Shown in pieces: positions 1-14,200 of a stretch of DNA of 64,000 nucleotides. The first letter of the stretch is position 1, and each line of letters opens with the position of its first letter. Under the pieces are notes generated by a model. The model did not search any database. It had not been told where the DNA came from and worked only from the letters and a program-made list of their open reading frames with translations. A program made the translations under genes and the position numbers. The stretch comes from Lingula anatina (lineage: Eukaryota; Animalia; Brachiopoda), in contig CM120641.1 in the NCBI GenBank assembly GCA_051362555.1, positions 39,872,401 to 39,936,400 on the forward strand, written 5' to 3'.

Positions 1-75
1 CTGGGATTTTTATGTTGACATTCACTTTGGCATTTTCAAAAAAAAAAAAAAAATCACATATTTGTTTCCTATTTG

Positions 76-341
76 GGCTCATTCAGAACAGAAGATCCAA
101 GGATCAACTGATCCACAGATCAAATATGGCGGACCCTACATGAAAGTTAAGAAGAGCCTACTAATCCGCTGATGGTCTCCACACCTCCACACGCGCCATT
201 AAATGGATCAAATCAAGGTTCGGAGGTTTAATTGCTAGACCCCCTGCAAGGACAGCATGTGTGGAGATGGGGAGACCATCAGCAGATTAGTCGGGTCTTC
301 TTTCATGTAGGGTCCACAATATTTTATCCGTGGATCAGATG
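76..341. mobile_element. Fold-back MITE-like element (long imperfect inverted repeat)
   Basis: Left arm ctgatccacagatc..ggaccctacatgaaag..gaagagcctactaatccgctgatggtctcc (about 108-195) pairs with right arm ggagaccatcagcagattagtcgggtcttctttcatgtagggtcc..atccgtggatcag (about 257-338). The 5' end ggctcattcagaa..tcaaatatggc resembles the element at 44589. Confidence 0.7.
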
Positions 342-2020
342 AAAAGAAGGGTGGACAGACAGATAAATATATTAATTTTGCTCCATGATAAACATGATTT
401 TGGTTAAATCATAAATATACTGTGTTCACATTTGTCAATTATTTAAAGTTCCTTGCACTTGCCATTAATTTCCTGCTCCAAATTAACAGCAGCCATAGAC
501 AGTAACTGTTCAATTTATGAATCCTTATAGTTCCCTGGTTGGTTATTTATACAGACACAGAAGACTGCTTTTAACGAGTTAGATTGAGGGTGTTATAAGG
601 GACTGAATTAAGTCTGTCCTGGCTGTGTGAGACAATTAACTGACTGAGTCCTGTTGACCCAAGCTGACCTATGACTGTCTATATAAACAGGGATGTTGCA
701 TAAGGTGCCTGGATATGAGGGGGCATATCAGGTGAATGCCAGTGCTCTGGCACCATTTACATAGCTTATCAACACCAGAACAAATCTGAACGAGAGAGAA
801 AAAAAAAAGAAAAGGCAAAATGCGAGTTAAAAATATATGTTATGCAACACTGAATGTTTAGAAGGAGTAGGCAAAAAATTGATCCATCATTTAATGAAAG
901 TAAAGAAGCAAATAATGATAGTGCAGCTAGAATCAATAACATAGTAATTGCAAATATTGCTTTGCAATACTTAGTAAATAATGCAAAACATGGTATAAAC
1001 CTCCTAATTTCCAACAATTTACACACAAAAAATGGCCTGGTGTATTGACTTTCAGTGCTGCAGGTAGTATTTTCCAGGTATTGCATAAGCTCAGCCCCAG
1101 TGGTAAGACCAACATTTGAGGATAGATTTTAGTAGCCTGTTTGTTTTATTGAACATTGAAGGCCGGATACCTAGCAACTGATTATCACTAAAACACTATA
1201 AGACATAAATATGCATTTATGGTGAAGAGATGATGCTATTTAATTTCTTGCCACTGATATCACACTTGACCACTGGCTGATATTATGTAATCAAGGCCAT
1301 TTCTGCACTGGGAATATTTTTGTAAATCATTACTTGGACTAAATAGAATTACTTCCCTAACTGTTGTGCATAATTTTTTAATAAGGAAGTATGAGGAATT
1401 TATCATGTAATCTTGCCTGTGAAATGTCTTGTAGAATGAGTATATATAGCACTGAATACTTGAGTGGTTTGATGTGAGTTAATTCCATGTCATTGCTCAA
1501 GGTATGTGCTGGTATTATTAAACCTGGCCATTAAAAGAATAAAAAAATCCTGGTGCAAGAAAACACACCTGTTCTTACACTTCATGCTAAAGATAATCAA
1601 GCAGAAAAAATTGTTATGTCATGTTATGAAAGTTAAATTAAGTGGTAAATATCCTGAATAAGAAAGAGGTCATTTAAAAGAACCTGTTTTGTGTTTGTTG
1701 CATTAGTTTTGCTGCATTGTATATGTATGAATTGGAATTATATTTATGTTTGTGGCCTGACCTAACCAGCTGTGAGAAAAATTGTATTATAAAATTTGAT
1801 TCATATTTCAAATGTGGCAAGAAGGTGAAGTGGTTTGATGTAGAAATGTGCACTGTTAAGTACAACAGTGTTATTCATCCCTGAATTGACCTGTTTGCAT
1901 ATCTTTGCTTATAAAAAAGGTGCTTTACATAGCACTTGATATCTAAACATGGGAAAGGGACAGTTAAGATCTTTGCAGTAGTTCCAAGATTGATTGCAAG
2001 GTCTTGTTATTATTTTCCAG

Positions 2021-5000
2021 GTAACATTGAGTACACCTGCCCAGCCAATGCCAACTGTGAAATCAACAAACGCAGGAGGAAAGCGTGCCAGGCGTGTCGT
2101 TTCAAAAAATGCCTGCTGATGGGCATGCTAAAAGAAGGTAAGACATTGCCCATAGCCTTCACCCTAAAGCAAAGAACAAAACATCCAGTTTGTTTTGATC
2201 ACAATTGTCCCAGGGCTGAGGCTCATAGACAACATGCTTTTTGGACCAAGATAAATACTATTTTTTTGCAGAAGAAAATAATGAAAAAAATATGATTTAA
2301 TTTCATTGAAATCAATAATTAAATAAAAATAGATCTTGATCATTAAATCACAACCCAGAGAACTACCATTGATCAGATAATAAGCAACGTTGAAGATGAT
2401 CATGATGAAAGAGCCAGAGGATTTCTCTTGGCACCTGTATTGTGCAGTAATTAGATCAGCTTCCTGCAGACAAGCTGCAGGCTCTGTGCAGGTTCAGGAT
2501 ATCCTAATGAACAATATGGCTGGCCTGTGCAGATATCATTGGCAGTGACTGGACCATATACCTGGCCTCAGAACCATATACCTGGCCTCAGTTTAACAAG
2601 AACTTTTTAGCCAATATCTAAACATGCTTTAATTTGGCAAGAAAAATGCAAAACATTTTGCCTGTTGGTCTCAAATTTCTTGTTGATTTACTTCATTTTT
2701 TAATTTAGCTATAATAACCCAACTGTTTTTGTAGAAGAAATTCTATTTTAGAAGGAACCCAGTATACCATTGAAGCATATTACAGACCTTCAGAGTTCTT
2801 ATGCCTGTTTGAAGAAGCAGCCAACCTATTTTCTGTATTTTCATGTCCATTTTAGGGACTCATCAGCTTGTGTAATTCCAAACAGGATATTGATCACATT
2901 GGTTTTCATTTTCAGTTGCAAATTTTTGGAAAATTAGCTCAGCTTATCAAACGTGTATAACATACATTTTAAAAAAATCTAGATATTGTACAAATGGGTG
3001 TCCTCTCCACTTCAATCCATCTACTCTCTTTTCTCTCTCTTTGTAAGCAGAGGAGCTTAGAAAAGATATTTCTTACTTTTTATGAACGTTTTATTGGGGA
3101 CACATTGGACTAAATGAAAAGTAAGATCTGTAACCTATATGTAGCTTTTCTTCTTATAAATATTTTAAGAATTGAGGGAAATAATAAGTATGCTAACTAA
3201 GGAAATTGACACACCAGCTGAATTTTTTCTAGATATTATATCCTAGGAATTGTTATCAACTTTTCTAATATAGGACTGTTGCTTACTGGTCTCTTAGTGT
3301 CTTGGGAATTGTAACTCATTCAGGCTAGGATTCTGTAATTCCATTACAGCCTTGTGGGAAGCTCAAAGTTCCTTAGCACTTCTCCATTATGAATGTGAGG
3401 AGGTGGGTAGAGGAGATCTTCTGCCACGTCTCCTCTGCTTCAATGTCTGCCATCCTGTTGATGCAACAAAGGATCTCATCAGTGCATCTTATAAAAGACG
3501 AAATGCATTTCCTAGATTAGGGTATTTCTATTTGAAAATCTTTTGGCTAAGTTTTGCCTCAGTTTTGAGGCTAAGGGTGAGTGTCTGGGTCACCTTAACC
3601 TAAACAAGTCTATAAAAATCATTGCACGTTATAAACAGGCATTGCGCCTCGTGGTGTCTGTGGCTTTAAAGTAGAAATATATTACCTCACTGAACACAAT
3701 AGCATGTCACAAAACGGAACTCTTTAGAAGCATTGTATAGGACTGAATAAGATAATACTTCAAACAGTCTTAAGTCAGACAAAAGTCAAGTCAGTTGTAA
3801 TGCTGAAATGTGATAATATTCCTTGTCTACAATTGTCTACTTCTGCAGAGTTTTTACTAACATATTAAAAAATGTACCCACCAGAATAAAGTACCTAAAA
3901 ATTACAAATTGGGGTTCTTTTCTTTAAAAGGGAATCTAATTTTTACTTCCTTAGTAGACCCATAACTTGAAAGATGTCATAAAACCTGGGCCCCATAACT
4001 CAAAAGCATCGCGTATTGCGAATAGCGATATCACATAGAGGCTGCAATGTATTATATGGGGCGAGTATGAGTTATGGAATCAAGACGCTTGCGCTCTGTC
4101 ACAATGCGCAATGCTTTCGAGTTATGGGGCCCTGGTAGATCAAATTTTTATAGCAGAATCCAAGCCTTTTCTGGTCTATAGGATGGTTCTCCCCCCCCCC
4201 CCCCCCCCCCAACACACACCACACACACACACACACACACAGACATGCACACCTATAGTATCTTCTGATCAACTTTGTTGGGAAGAGTTTGTAGTTTTTT
4301 TAATGAGACAAATATGCAGAGCTTAAGGCATTAGTTAACAGTCAGAACATAGGCATGTTTGAAGACACCATCACTTCACCCTTTGTTTTCACAGTGCATT
4401 TTCTGTAGGCAACCGACCCAAGGTCATGTTGATGTGTTATTCTTACTGAACTATTGGGGTCACAGAGAGGATGTTTGTTTCGGAATTTAGCATGTGGGTA
4501 TGTGTGCACCAGGTATTGCGAAATCTTCCGGGTGTGAAAGTGAACTCGGGTGCCTCTTACCCAAATGGTGCCTGTGGACTATGTGTGCAGGCATAATACA
4601 ATCAGTGGAAAAAAATGAATAATAAATGGTACACCTACATGCACCTGTAATTCCAAGTACATTTGCATGTTTTGAAATTTTCAAACTTTTAATTTGATTA
4701 TAACTTAGTAAGTATGTGTGAACATGTACATCAGGTAGGCTATTAGGTTACTGTCCATTTTTTCTCCCCAGGATCTGCCCTTGTGACTGATTATTTAGTG
4801 ATTGCTTGTGTGATTAATTATTGAATCCAAAAAGTCCATTAAATTTGATCTTCCTTAATTTTGATTCATTAATTCTGTTATTCATTACTTATCTATACTA
4901 CCCGGTAATGTGATATATCCACCTAAATAATTCCTGTTGTCTCTGATGGTTGGTTGATATTATCAGTTCTGTTCACTGGTAATAGTACTAAATGTTGATT

Positions 5001-8000
5001 GATTTATAACTTTCATACATAATTAATCCTTTCAAGTCATCTCAGTTTGCTGGATTTGCACAACAGTCCTAATTTTTGCCTACACGTCTTCAATCAATTA
5101 TTTATTTTTATATATATAAACAGTGGTTATAAAAGTATGTCAAACACTCACTCAGACAAGATATATTTCATCCAAATCAATGACAAATATCCAACAAATT
5201 GATAATGAAATGAATAAATGAAATCATTAAAATGAGATGTTTCGTATTTTGTCTTTTAGCCAAACAAAATTTAGCAAACAAAAATAAATAAATAAATAAA
5301 TATGTTACAGTTGTAATGAAAAGCTAACATGGTTTGCTATATATAATCACAATTATGTGACTTTTTTTGCCTCAGCATTTCTTTAGCTTTATATTATTGT
5401 AGCAACATTCCATACAGTAGAGTTTATGCCTGTATTTTTGTAATACATATCTAGTATGGTGCGGTATATGGTTGCGTGTTCCTGTTGCAGGTTGTTAAGT
5501 GTTCATACCTTCCCAATTGATATGTCTCACAGCAGTCAGGGGTCCCTCCTACATACACACTGAGATCACTGACTGCATGGCAACAGGCTTTAAATTCTAT
5601 GACTGGCATGTTACCAGAAGTTCACTTTATTCTACATATTCTGGCATTTCACTATTACAACTGTTACCTCTTCTTCTGTCTGAAGTGTAGGTGTTGACTA
5701 TGTACACCAAGGGAGTAAGTTCAGCATTATTAGCAGAAATAAAGGTTCATTCACTCTCTTCATGCATACTCAGTTACTCATTGATAATGTTTAATCAAAT
5801 TTGGCATAATTTTAGCATAAAAAAGAGATTAGAAAAAGAAAACAATGTGAGATAGAACATGATGTACGTCCCAGGTAACATGAGAGAAAGAACACATACG
5901 TACAGCCTAATGTAATGACTTTAGCACATTTTATGTATCTCTTCTATCCCATTTTTGGAATGGTTGAGGTTGGAAATTAAATAGATGACAGTACTTATTT
6001 CTAAAGGTGGATTTTCAGTCCAGTTGGGCTAGATTAACTGAGTGCCTTACAGTTGATTTTCATCCACCCTCACAGCGATATAGGCTCAGGGCACAGATCT
6101 TTACTGTAACTATATGTACAGTGGTGATGGCACACATAGTGGCTCCCTCTGCTGACCTAGCACGTTCCAAGTTTTTGCATTGCAGATGGACTAAGAATGT
6201 GCCTTGAGTTCTGAAACAGTATCAATCATCTCTATCTTAATATCTTTGTGCATTCAGAATCTCCTCCCATTTCCTACCTTAGCCCTGGGAAGAATCTAAA
6301 CCAGTTAAAACTACCCTCCTCTGACATTTCCACTTCTCCATCTTTTTAATACACAAATCACAGTTATTTTCATGAAACATGCTCCTCATATGATTCTCAT
6401 GTTGTCATACATAAAGATCACAAGCATTTTTTAAAAATTGTTACTTGTTTTTTTTTTCCAGTGCATATATGCGTGTCATGATTCTTTCCAGCATTATTTG
6501 GCACAGAATATGAGGTGAAAGAAAAGCGTTAAGGTCTAAAAATTAGACCTGAATAATTATTGATTTACTACTGGAAAATTAAAATTCTGTGTTATTGTTT
6601 TATGCAGGTGTGCGGTTAGATAGGGTGCGAGGTGGTCGACAGAAATACCACCTGAACAAACGACCTCCGGACTCAACTTATACTCATGTTGTCATTGCCA
6701 AAAGGTCACATCCATGTATAGATGGTAAGTTGTTAAATCGATTTAAATATATACATTTGAGTGCAGAAAGGTAACAATAATTCGTGCACAGACTTAAAAG
6801 TACATTCACCTCTTGCATTAAAACAGTGGCAAATAAACCATGTTACAGGCGTTCTAGCAGAGAGCTGCTGAAACATCACTAATGTCCTTTGATAATGCCG
6901 TTATATCCCAGTTCATTGCCTGGCTTACATCCATAATTTTGTTATCTATAATGGCTGTCCAGTGCCTTGGTTGTGGTATGCATTTTCCAAATTAATATTG
7001 GCTGGGAAAAATTGACATTTGGAGCTCTCATTTCTGAAAGATTAAATTGTCATCAGATGCATTTGTCCCTGGATTCCCTAAAAAACTGGTAACGCTATGT
7101 AAGTGCTATTATCCTTGAAAAAAATTGGTGGAGAAGCTCCAATCACTGCAGTTCAAGGGTTGGTTTGGAATGAGACCAGGGGAAATAATAGATGTTTTAG
7201 GTCCAAAGGCGCATATATAGCAAGGCTGGGGACTTGGGCTAAAGCTTTTGGTAGTGTTGAGATGTTTGTGTTAAGTGCTTTACACCTTAATTTTTTAAAT
7301 AGAACAAAAATTTTTATGAAAAATATACAGGTCTGTTGCTAACAAAAGGGTGGGGGTGGGTGGGGGAGCTTTCTATCTCTTAAGTTGAACAGATTTGAGA
7401 AATGAAACGGAACAGAACGCTCATTTTCATCTGTTACTAATGAAATAGCTAGGTTAAGTTCTTAAGATGCAAGTGGCAGGTTAAAAAAAAACAAGGTTGA
7501 TATCCATAACAATATCTTTTTCTTCTTAAGTATGTCTGGGGTTTCTGTTGTTTCATGTATTAATGGGCAATCCAAAGTACTGTTTAAATACATAAATCAC
7601 AAAAAGCTCAAACAAAAATAAGTGCATTAATGTGCAAATCAGTTTTTCTTATGGACCATTTAGCCTGCTTTCAGTACCTCACTTTAATGGAGTTGCATTA
7701 ATCGACATCACACTTGGTCATGCTTCTGCATTGGAAATCCCTGGGCTTATTTGCATGTTAAGAAAAGTTAATCTTGATCCTATCTTTAATGCAGAACTGT
7801 AGCTTGATATGTTAGCCACTGGCATTTAATCAATTTTCCTCTCTTGTTCCTTGAATATCAGGATTAAAGAGAAAAGGTATTTCGGGTTACACATATAGGA
7901 TAAAATCAACCATTTTTACCCTAGCCTATGTTGTATCTCAGCAACAGATTAAGACATCCTTTAGGGAACTTTTGGAAAACAGTGTTTTTTGAAGGGCAAA

Positions 8001-11000
8001 ATTGGTTTATATCTGAATTAGTAGCTTGAAGATCCACCTTGCTAATCAAATTTTATACAAACAGTTGAATATTACCACTTTCTCTTTTGAGACAGTTTTT
8101 GGTAAACTTGGTTAATGAAAACTTTGTTATTTTGGTTGAATTTTTTTTTAACTGATTTTTTTTACAGTTAGTGGATGAAGATGATGTAGATTATGCATTA
8201 ATTCATAACTAGAGCTCATGGCAGTGGTTTAGTTTGGCCTCATGTCTGCTCATATATACAACAAATGAAAGAAAGCCAACTAGAAAAAGAGTCTAAAGCG
8301 AAGCCCATGAATATTGCCCTATAAAGTATTCGGAATTGGACATCTGTTAAGCTTTTCTTAAATAAGTTTCATTAGGATTGATTTTCCAAATTCTCTCTGT
8401 TGAATGTGAAGCAAGCCATAGTAAATAAGTATAGGGCTAATGTGCCTGAAATTGATGAGTTAAGATAGTTGCAAGGGTCATTAACTTAAGTTTGAAAAAG
8501 TCGATCAAAATAAGCTCTTAAAGGCTTTGCTGAGGTTTGAACTTTTGAGAGATAAGGAAATGGAGCATAGAAGTAACCATCAAGTATAACTAAATGATTT
8601 GATTTTTACCAAAATTTTTCACTACAACAACTTGACTTAAAGGAAGGTGTGGGTTACTAACTTTAGTTGTGTGTTTTTGGCAGATGTGGCTCCACCTACC
8701 TTCTTATATCCACCAGTTCCTATTTTTCATAATGAGAAAATTTATAAATGAGTCTGATATTTATCAAACTACAAAGCAAGTTTTCTAATTGCCTTTTTCT
8801 AAGAAAGTAATGTCTTACCTCTAGTTAAAATAGATGCTGCTTGTGACATCCTTGGTGATAATTGAAGATATGATATTCTTCTGCATTCTGACAGATAGTA
8901 ATGAATGGGTCTCAAAATACCACTTTACTTGTCAAAAATAATGCAGATTGGTGTGATTTTTATTTCACATGATGACTAGCTTCAGTTCCTTAATAAATTT
9001 ATGACAAGATATACATCTACGATATGCTTTTTTTGCTTTTGCATGAGTATTTTTGAAGTTGGCAAGCATTTGGTAATATGAAAAGCATAGGGCTCAACTA
9101 TTCTGTCTGAAACTAAGGCTAGTTATGTTATTTATAACCATTTTATGACTTAAATATTCCATGGTTGAGGCTAGAATTTTACACTTAAACAAAAGTCTAA
9201 ACACAAAACCATGCCTTGTGACTTATAAATGCAAGAGGTTGAAAACATGTTCTGGCACAAATTGAACATTGGATATTCTGTGCCTACAATTATTCCTTTG
9301 CCATTGGAAAATGAACATTTTATTTGGTTTATTTGGGGTTTGTTTGTTTCAAAAATGTTCAAACATCATTTAGAAATTTTAGGGCCATAACTTTAAGAAG
9401 CCTTTTTTGTATGCAATAATATGTCAACAGTAGCACCAACTTACCCTAGAATAGCAGTGTATATGTGTTATATATTTATGTGTGTGTATATATATATTTC
9501 AGGACTATATATATCAGAGAATGAATTGGTTACATCCCTACTGGAGGCAGAACCAGAAAGACTTCAAGCTCAACCAGATCTTGACTTGCCAATAAGTGAA
9601 ATCAAGCTGATGGCAACGCTATCAGATCTTGCTGACAGGGAACTGGTATCAACAATTGGATGGGCTAAACAGGTTCCAGGTACACTGATAGAGAGATATA
9701 ATTGAGAACTTATATAGAACTGGAAATAATTGATTTTTTTTAAATTCTAATTTCATCATAAGTACAAGAATCTAAACATACACACAAAATTTTTTTTTTA
9801 ATTCTAATTTCATTATAAGTACAAGAATCTACACTTACACCCAAAAAGATTCTTTTAAAAATAAAAATAAAAAAGGACCCCCAAAATTGAAATTATTTTA
9901 CTATTTGTACAAAAATTTAGAATGTTACTTGTTTTCTTAATGTCTTTATATGTCAGAAATAAGTTTAAATGCTTTGTTGTTTTTCATGTTTTATTTTCCT
10001 TACATTTTAATAATAGTTTAAGCTTTGATAGTTCTCTGTTAGACTTCTATAACAGAATACAACTCCTTTCAGTTGCAAGAATATCTTTGATTATGTTTTA
10101 AACCTATAATTTTGTCTGTGTGACTGTTAAAGGAAATTCTTAAGCTACCTTTTTATCCGATCCAAATTTAATTTAATGTTTAATAAAAATGGATAATATT
10201 TCATAGTAAAGGTAAAAAGAAAAATGAACACTGGAAACAAATGTTTTTGTTTAATTTTGGGCACCTGATACGTTTTAGACAAGAACAAGTAAAGTCATGA
10301 ACAATAGTTTAATTAGAAAAACATCTTTTCGCGAGACACTCTTTGAAAATACCAGCATTGTAGTATGACTGTTGCTGTGTTCCAACCTTCCATTAGCCAT
10401 TTAAGGATATAAATCAAAAATTGCTAAAAGGTGTTCAACATTTCTCAAGAGGGACATTTGCACATTCTGGTCAGATAAATGTGAACCACTTGAGTGTTTT
10501 GATCTTAGCTAAGTAGAAATAAATAATAATAATAATAAACCAGTGTATTATTATTGCAACTAGGTTATATTATATCATATCATTTCAGCTTGGTGCTGTC
10601 CCCCTAATTATTTTACAATTATCAGCTAATATTGTTCTAGACAAGAAAGGCATATCGAAATTGGAGTAATTGCAGCTTAAATGTTAACAAGTGCCTTGTT
10701 TTGTCTCTGTGGATACAATTTCAAGGCCCTTCATCTACCTGTGAGCTTCTGTAATGTGGAAGCCATCTACTTCTCATTTGATTGATGTTGCTGTATATCA
10801 CAATGCATCCCGCAGTTCTGTACTATTAGTCATGAAGGACTATTCCTCTATGTAGGGCAAAGCAGCTTTACTTGCTGTAATATTAGAAATGATCCAATTT
10901 CAAAAATATCAACATTTGTTTTAGGCTCTATTAGAAGCTTTTTAAATTGCCATGTCTTGCTACTTAATTTAAAGTTCTGTTAGTTTCTGCTGGTTATATG

Positions 11001-11167
11001 AATGTGTGAGCACAAATCTGCAGGAACATGTTTAAAGTACATGTATATCAGTTTGGCTTTAAGTATGTGCAGTGCCCTTATTTCCATATGTTCTGACACA
11101 TAGCCTATCTTGCATATACACCCACACGTTATGTCTAAACATGCAAATACACGCACACACACACATA

Positions 11168-11208
<41 letters not shown>

Positions 11209-14200
11209 TTACTATTGGTAATTACTCTATTCATTGGATCTTATGCAATTTTTCATTATCACAATTTGTGATTTGATTAAGTTATAGTCATTTTTTATTT
11301 CAGGTTTTTTCACACTATCACTGTCGGATCAAATGAATCTACTACAATGGTCTTGGATTGAGATTCTCAACCTTAGCTCTTGCTTTCGCTCTTGTCCATA
11401 TTCATATAGCTTTGTGTTTGCGGAGGACTTCTCTCTCACAGAGGAAGATGTCGTGAACTGTAATGGCCCAGTGACTTTAGACAAATACTGTCGCAAACTT
11501 GCTCAAAGACTGACAAATCTCAGAGTCACAAAGGAGGAATATGTACTTTTAAAGGCACTAGTGTTATTTAATGTTGGTAAGTATCTTTTCTTTTTGGTTA
11601 TTTTAAGAAAAGTTTATTTTAAGTGCTACAATTGTTGTTGTCACGGTACATGTCTTTTAGCAACCTAATTACAATTAGTATTGAGTTTTCCAAGAACAAT
11701 GATAATGAATGATCGCAATCCCAGACATTCAATATCTAAATTATTTGTTTGAAGTATGAGAATTAAAATGCTGTCATATTGCACATATATTTAGTATAAA
11801 AAATGATAATAATAACCTATATTTAGTAAGTTAATATTAGAATATCTTAGGAGCAGTGAGCTAATAATTGATACAGACTTTTCATGGTTCTATGCAGCAG
11901 GTTTAGATTGGATATAGGATTTAAGAAGGGCATATGGGGTTAATTCATTGATAAGATTACTATACCAGACATGTTATGCTCAGAAGGCAAACAAGAATGA
12001 AAGGGACTTGGCAAATTCCCTGCCAGTACATAGGTCGAAGTACTTTTACATACAGGTCTAACTAGCAGTAATTGACTTTTTTATTAGTATTACCTTGGCA
12101 ATCGAACATGCATATTTTCGATTAAAAGGTCTTCTTTTGCTTGTTTATGCATGTGCCCCTGCCACCACCAACATCTTAAAAAGAAAAAGGTGAGAAAAAT
12201 GAAAAGTTAAAAGTTAACCAAACCAAAAGAAAAAAATGTGATAGCAAATAACTCTGAAAAAGAATCACAGCTAGTCTCACAGTGGAAGATTGTGCTATCA
12301 TTGTCTTGGATGTTTTCAACAACTTAATAGTATGCTAATGATTCTATGTTAAATTGTCTGTAAGTTGCATTGTTAATGCAAATGTCACTAACCCTCGTTA
12401 AGTGGTCTATCTGTGTTATACTGAGACTTTAAGTGCACATGTTCTCCAGAATTAAAAGGATACTTGAGTGGTCAATCATTTCCTCTTTATAGCAGAGATA
12501 AGGATGATCTTTGAATCCTTCGTTGGTGTTTAGTATAATGAAGGAAAGGTAATAGACTAAAAGCAGTTGTATTAGTTCACTGGCTTGGAAATTTATAAGA
12601 TTATCTTAAAAAGTGCACAGCAATTACACATTCTTAAGCATGGTGGGATCTTTGATCCATTATAATTCAGTTTATTTTTATTCAATTTATAATTGGCCCA
12701 ATGTGGGATGCATGCATATATGATGGCTTCACTTACGGTCTCACTACGTGAAAATAGCTGTGATTGTTCACATGCTGAAGAGATTTCTGGTTCCCAAGTA
12801 TACGTATGTCATTTTGAGTGGCACTTAATTTAAATTGTGCATTGCATCATTTTGAGTGTACAAGGTGTCATACAACTGCTGAAACACCAAAGCAGTGTCA
12901 CATTTTTCCTCTATAAGTGAATGTTATTCAAAAAGGCCATTCATGAAATAAGCTGAAATTCATAATGATTATCTTGTCACGGCCGCATGAAAGATGAATA
13001 GACTTGCAGATGAGATTTCTATAGATCCATTCTTAAGAGTAACCCAAGGTCGTGCTATAGGCAGAAAGGATTTTTAGTTTTCTTTTTTTGCTCAAAGAGA
13101 TGACGCTGATATAGGATTTGGACAACTAAATTCGGTTCCCTATTTTGCATAACTTTAATGAAAATAGTTGAAAAAAACTTACTGTTTCACCTTTAATGTA
13201 ACACAAAGAGAAGGCTTGTATTTTTTGTGATGAAACACTGGGCAGCTAAAAGTGGAATTTTTCATATTTCAATTGTCTTCTGTTACTGTGTATATAGAGA
13301 ACAAGATTTATCATGTATTTTGCACTTACACATAAAGGCAACATCCACAGATATCTTATAAATGGAAATTATGTTGGAAAACATCTCTTAAAAGGCTATA
13401 TATCTAAAACTATATGTTTTGAAGATTACAGGAATCATGGCAGGACTGACTTTGTATTCATGCCCAAAGCAGTGATATCCGTAAAATATATATCATAATT
13501 ATTTAACTCAAGCTGGAAAATTTTTCCTATTTTTAGTTTGCTTCCAACTTGATCGGAGGCCAATTTATATTATATTCAAATACCAAGCTGATGAAGGATA
13601 AACATATTTAAAAAGTGGAATTAAGTAGAATTTTAAATGCTGTATGTGCAACATAAAGATACCCTTGTCTTTGTTTACTTCTGTCTTTGCCTATGATACA
13701 CATTTATCTATGACTTGAGCTCTGCTGACTCTTTATTTGTTGTTTGCATGGATGAGATACTTTTTTGTGTGCGAAATGTATCCTGTCATCTTGTTCTTTT
13801 TGATTAAAAATGACTTGAGATAACACAAGGGAGTAGTTACCTCAATTGACCGATTGGTTTTAAAGTTCACTAAAAGGTGATGAAGGCCGTTAAAGGTTAC
13901 AGTTGACCACATTAACTGGCACTGTGCACTGGGAGATTTATCTGTTCAAACACTGACCATTAACTTTAAAGGGAATCCAGGTGAAACTTCAGACATAGGA
14001 TATTGACCGTTATTGCTTGTGGCCTGGATGTACTAAAAAATGCCAACAAGTTGTTAGGAAAATGTGTGTAATGAGAGATGTTAAATATAAATAAGGTGCA
14101 GCATTTGATGCTTGATTCTCTGATGTGATCTACCCTTTTATAGTGATTTCACAGGAATGGCTGACATTATATGTTGTGTTGTACAAATGTTCTGTTCAGT

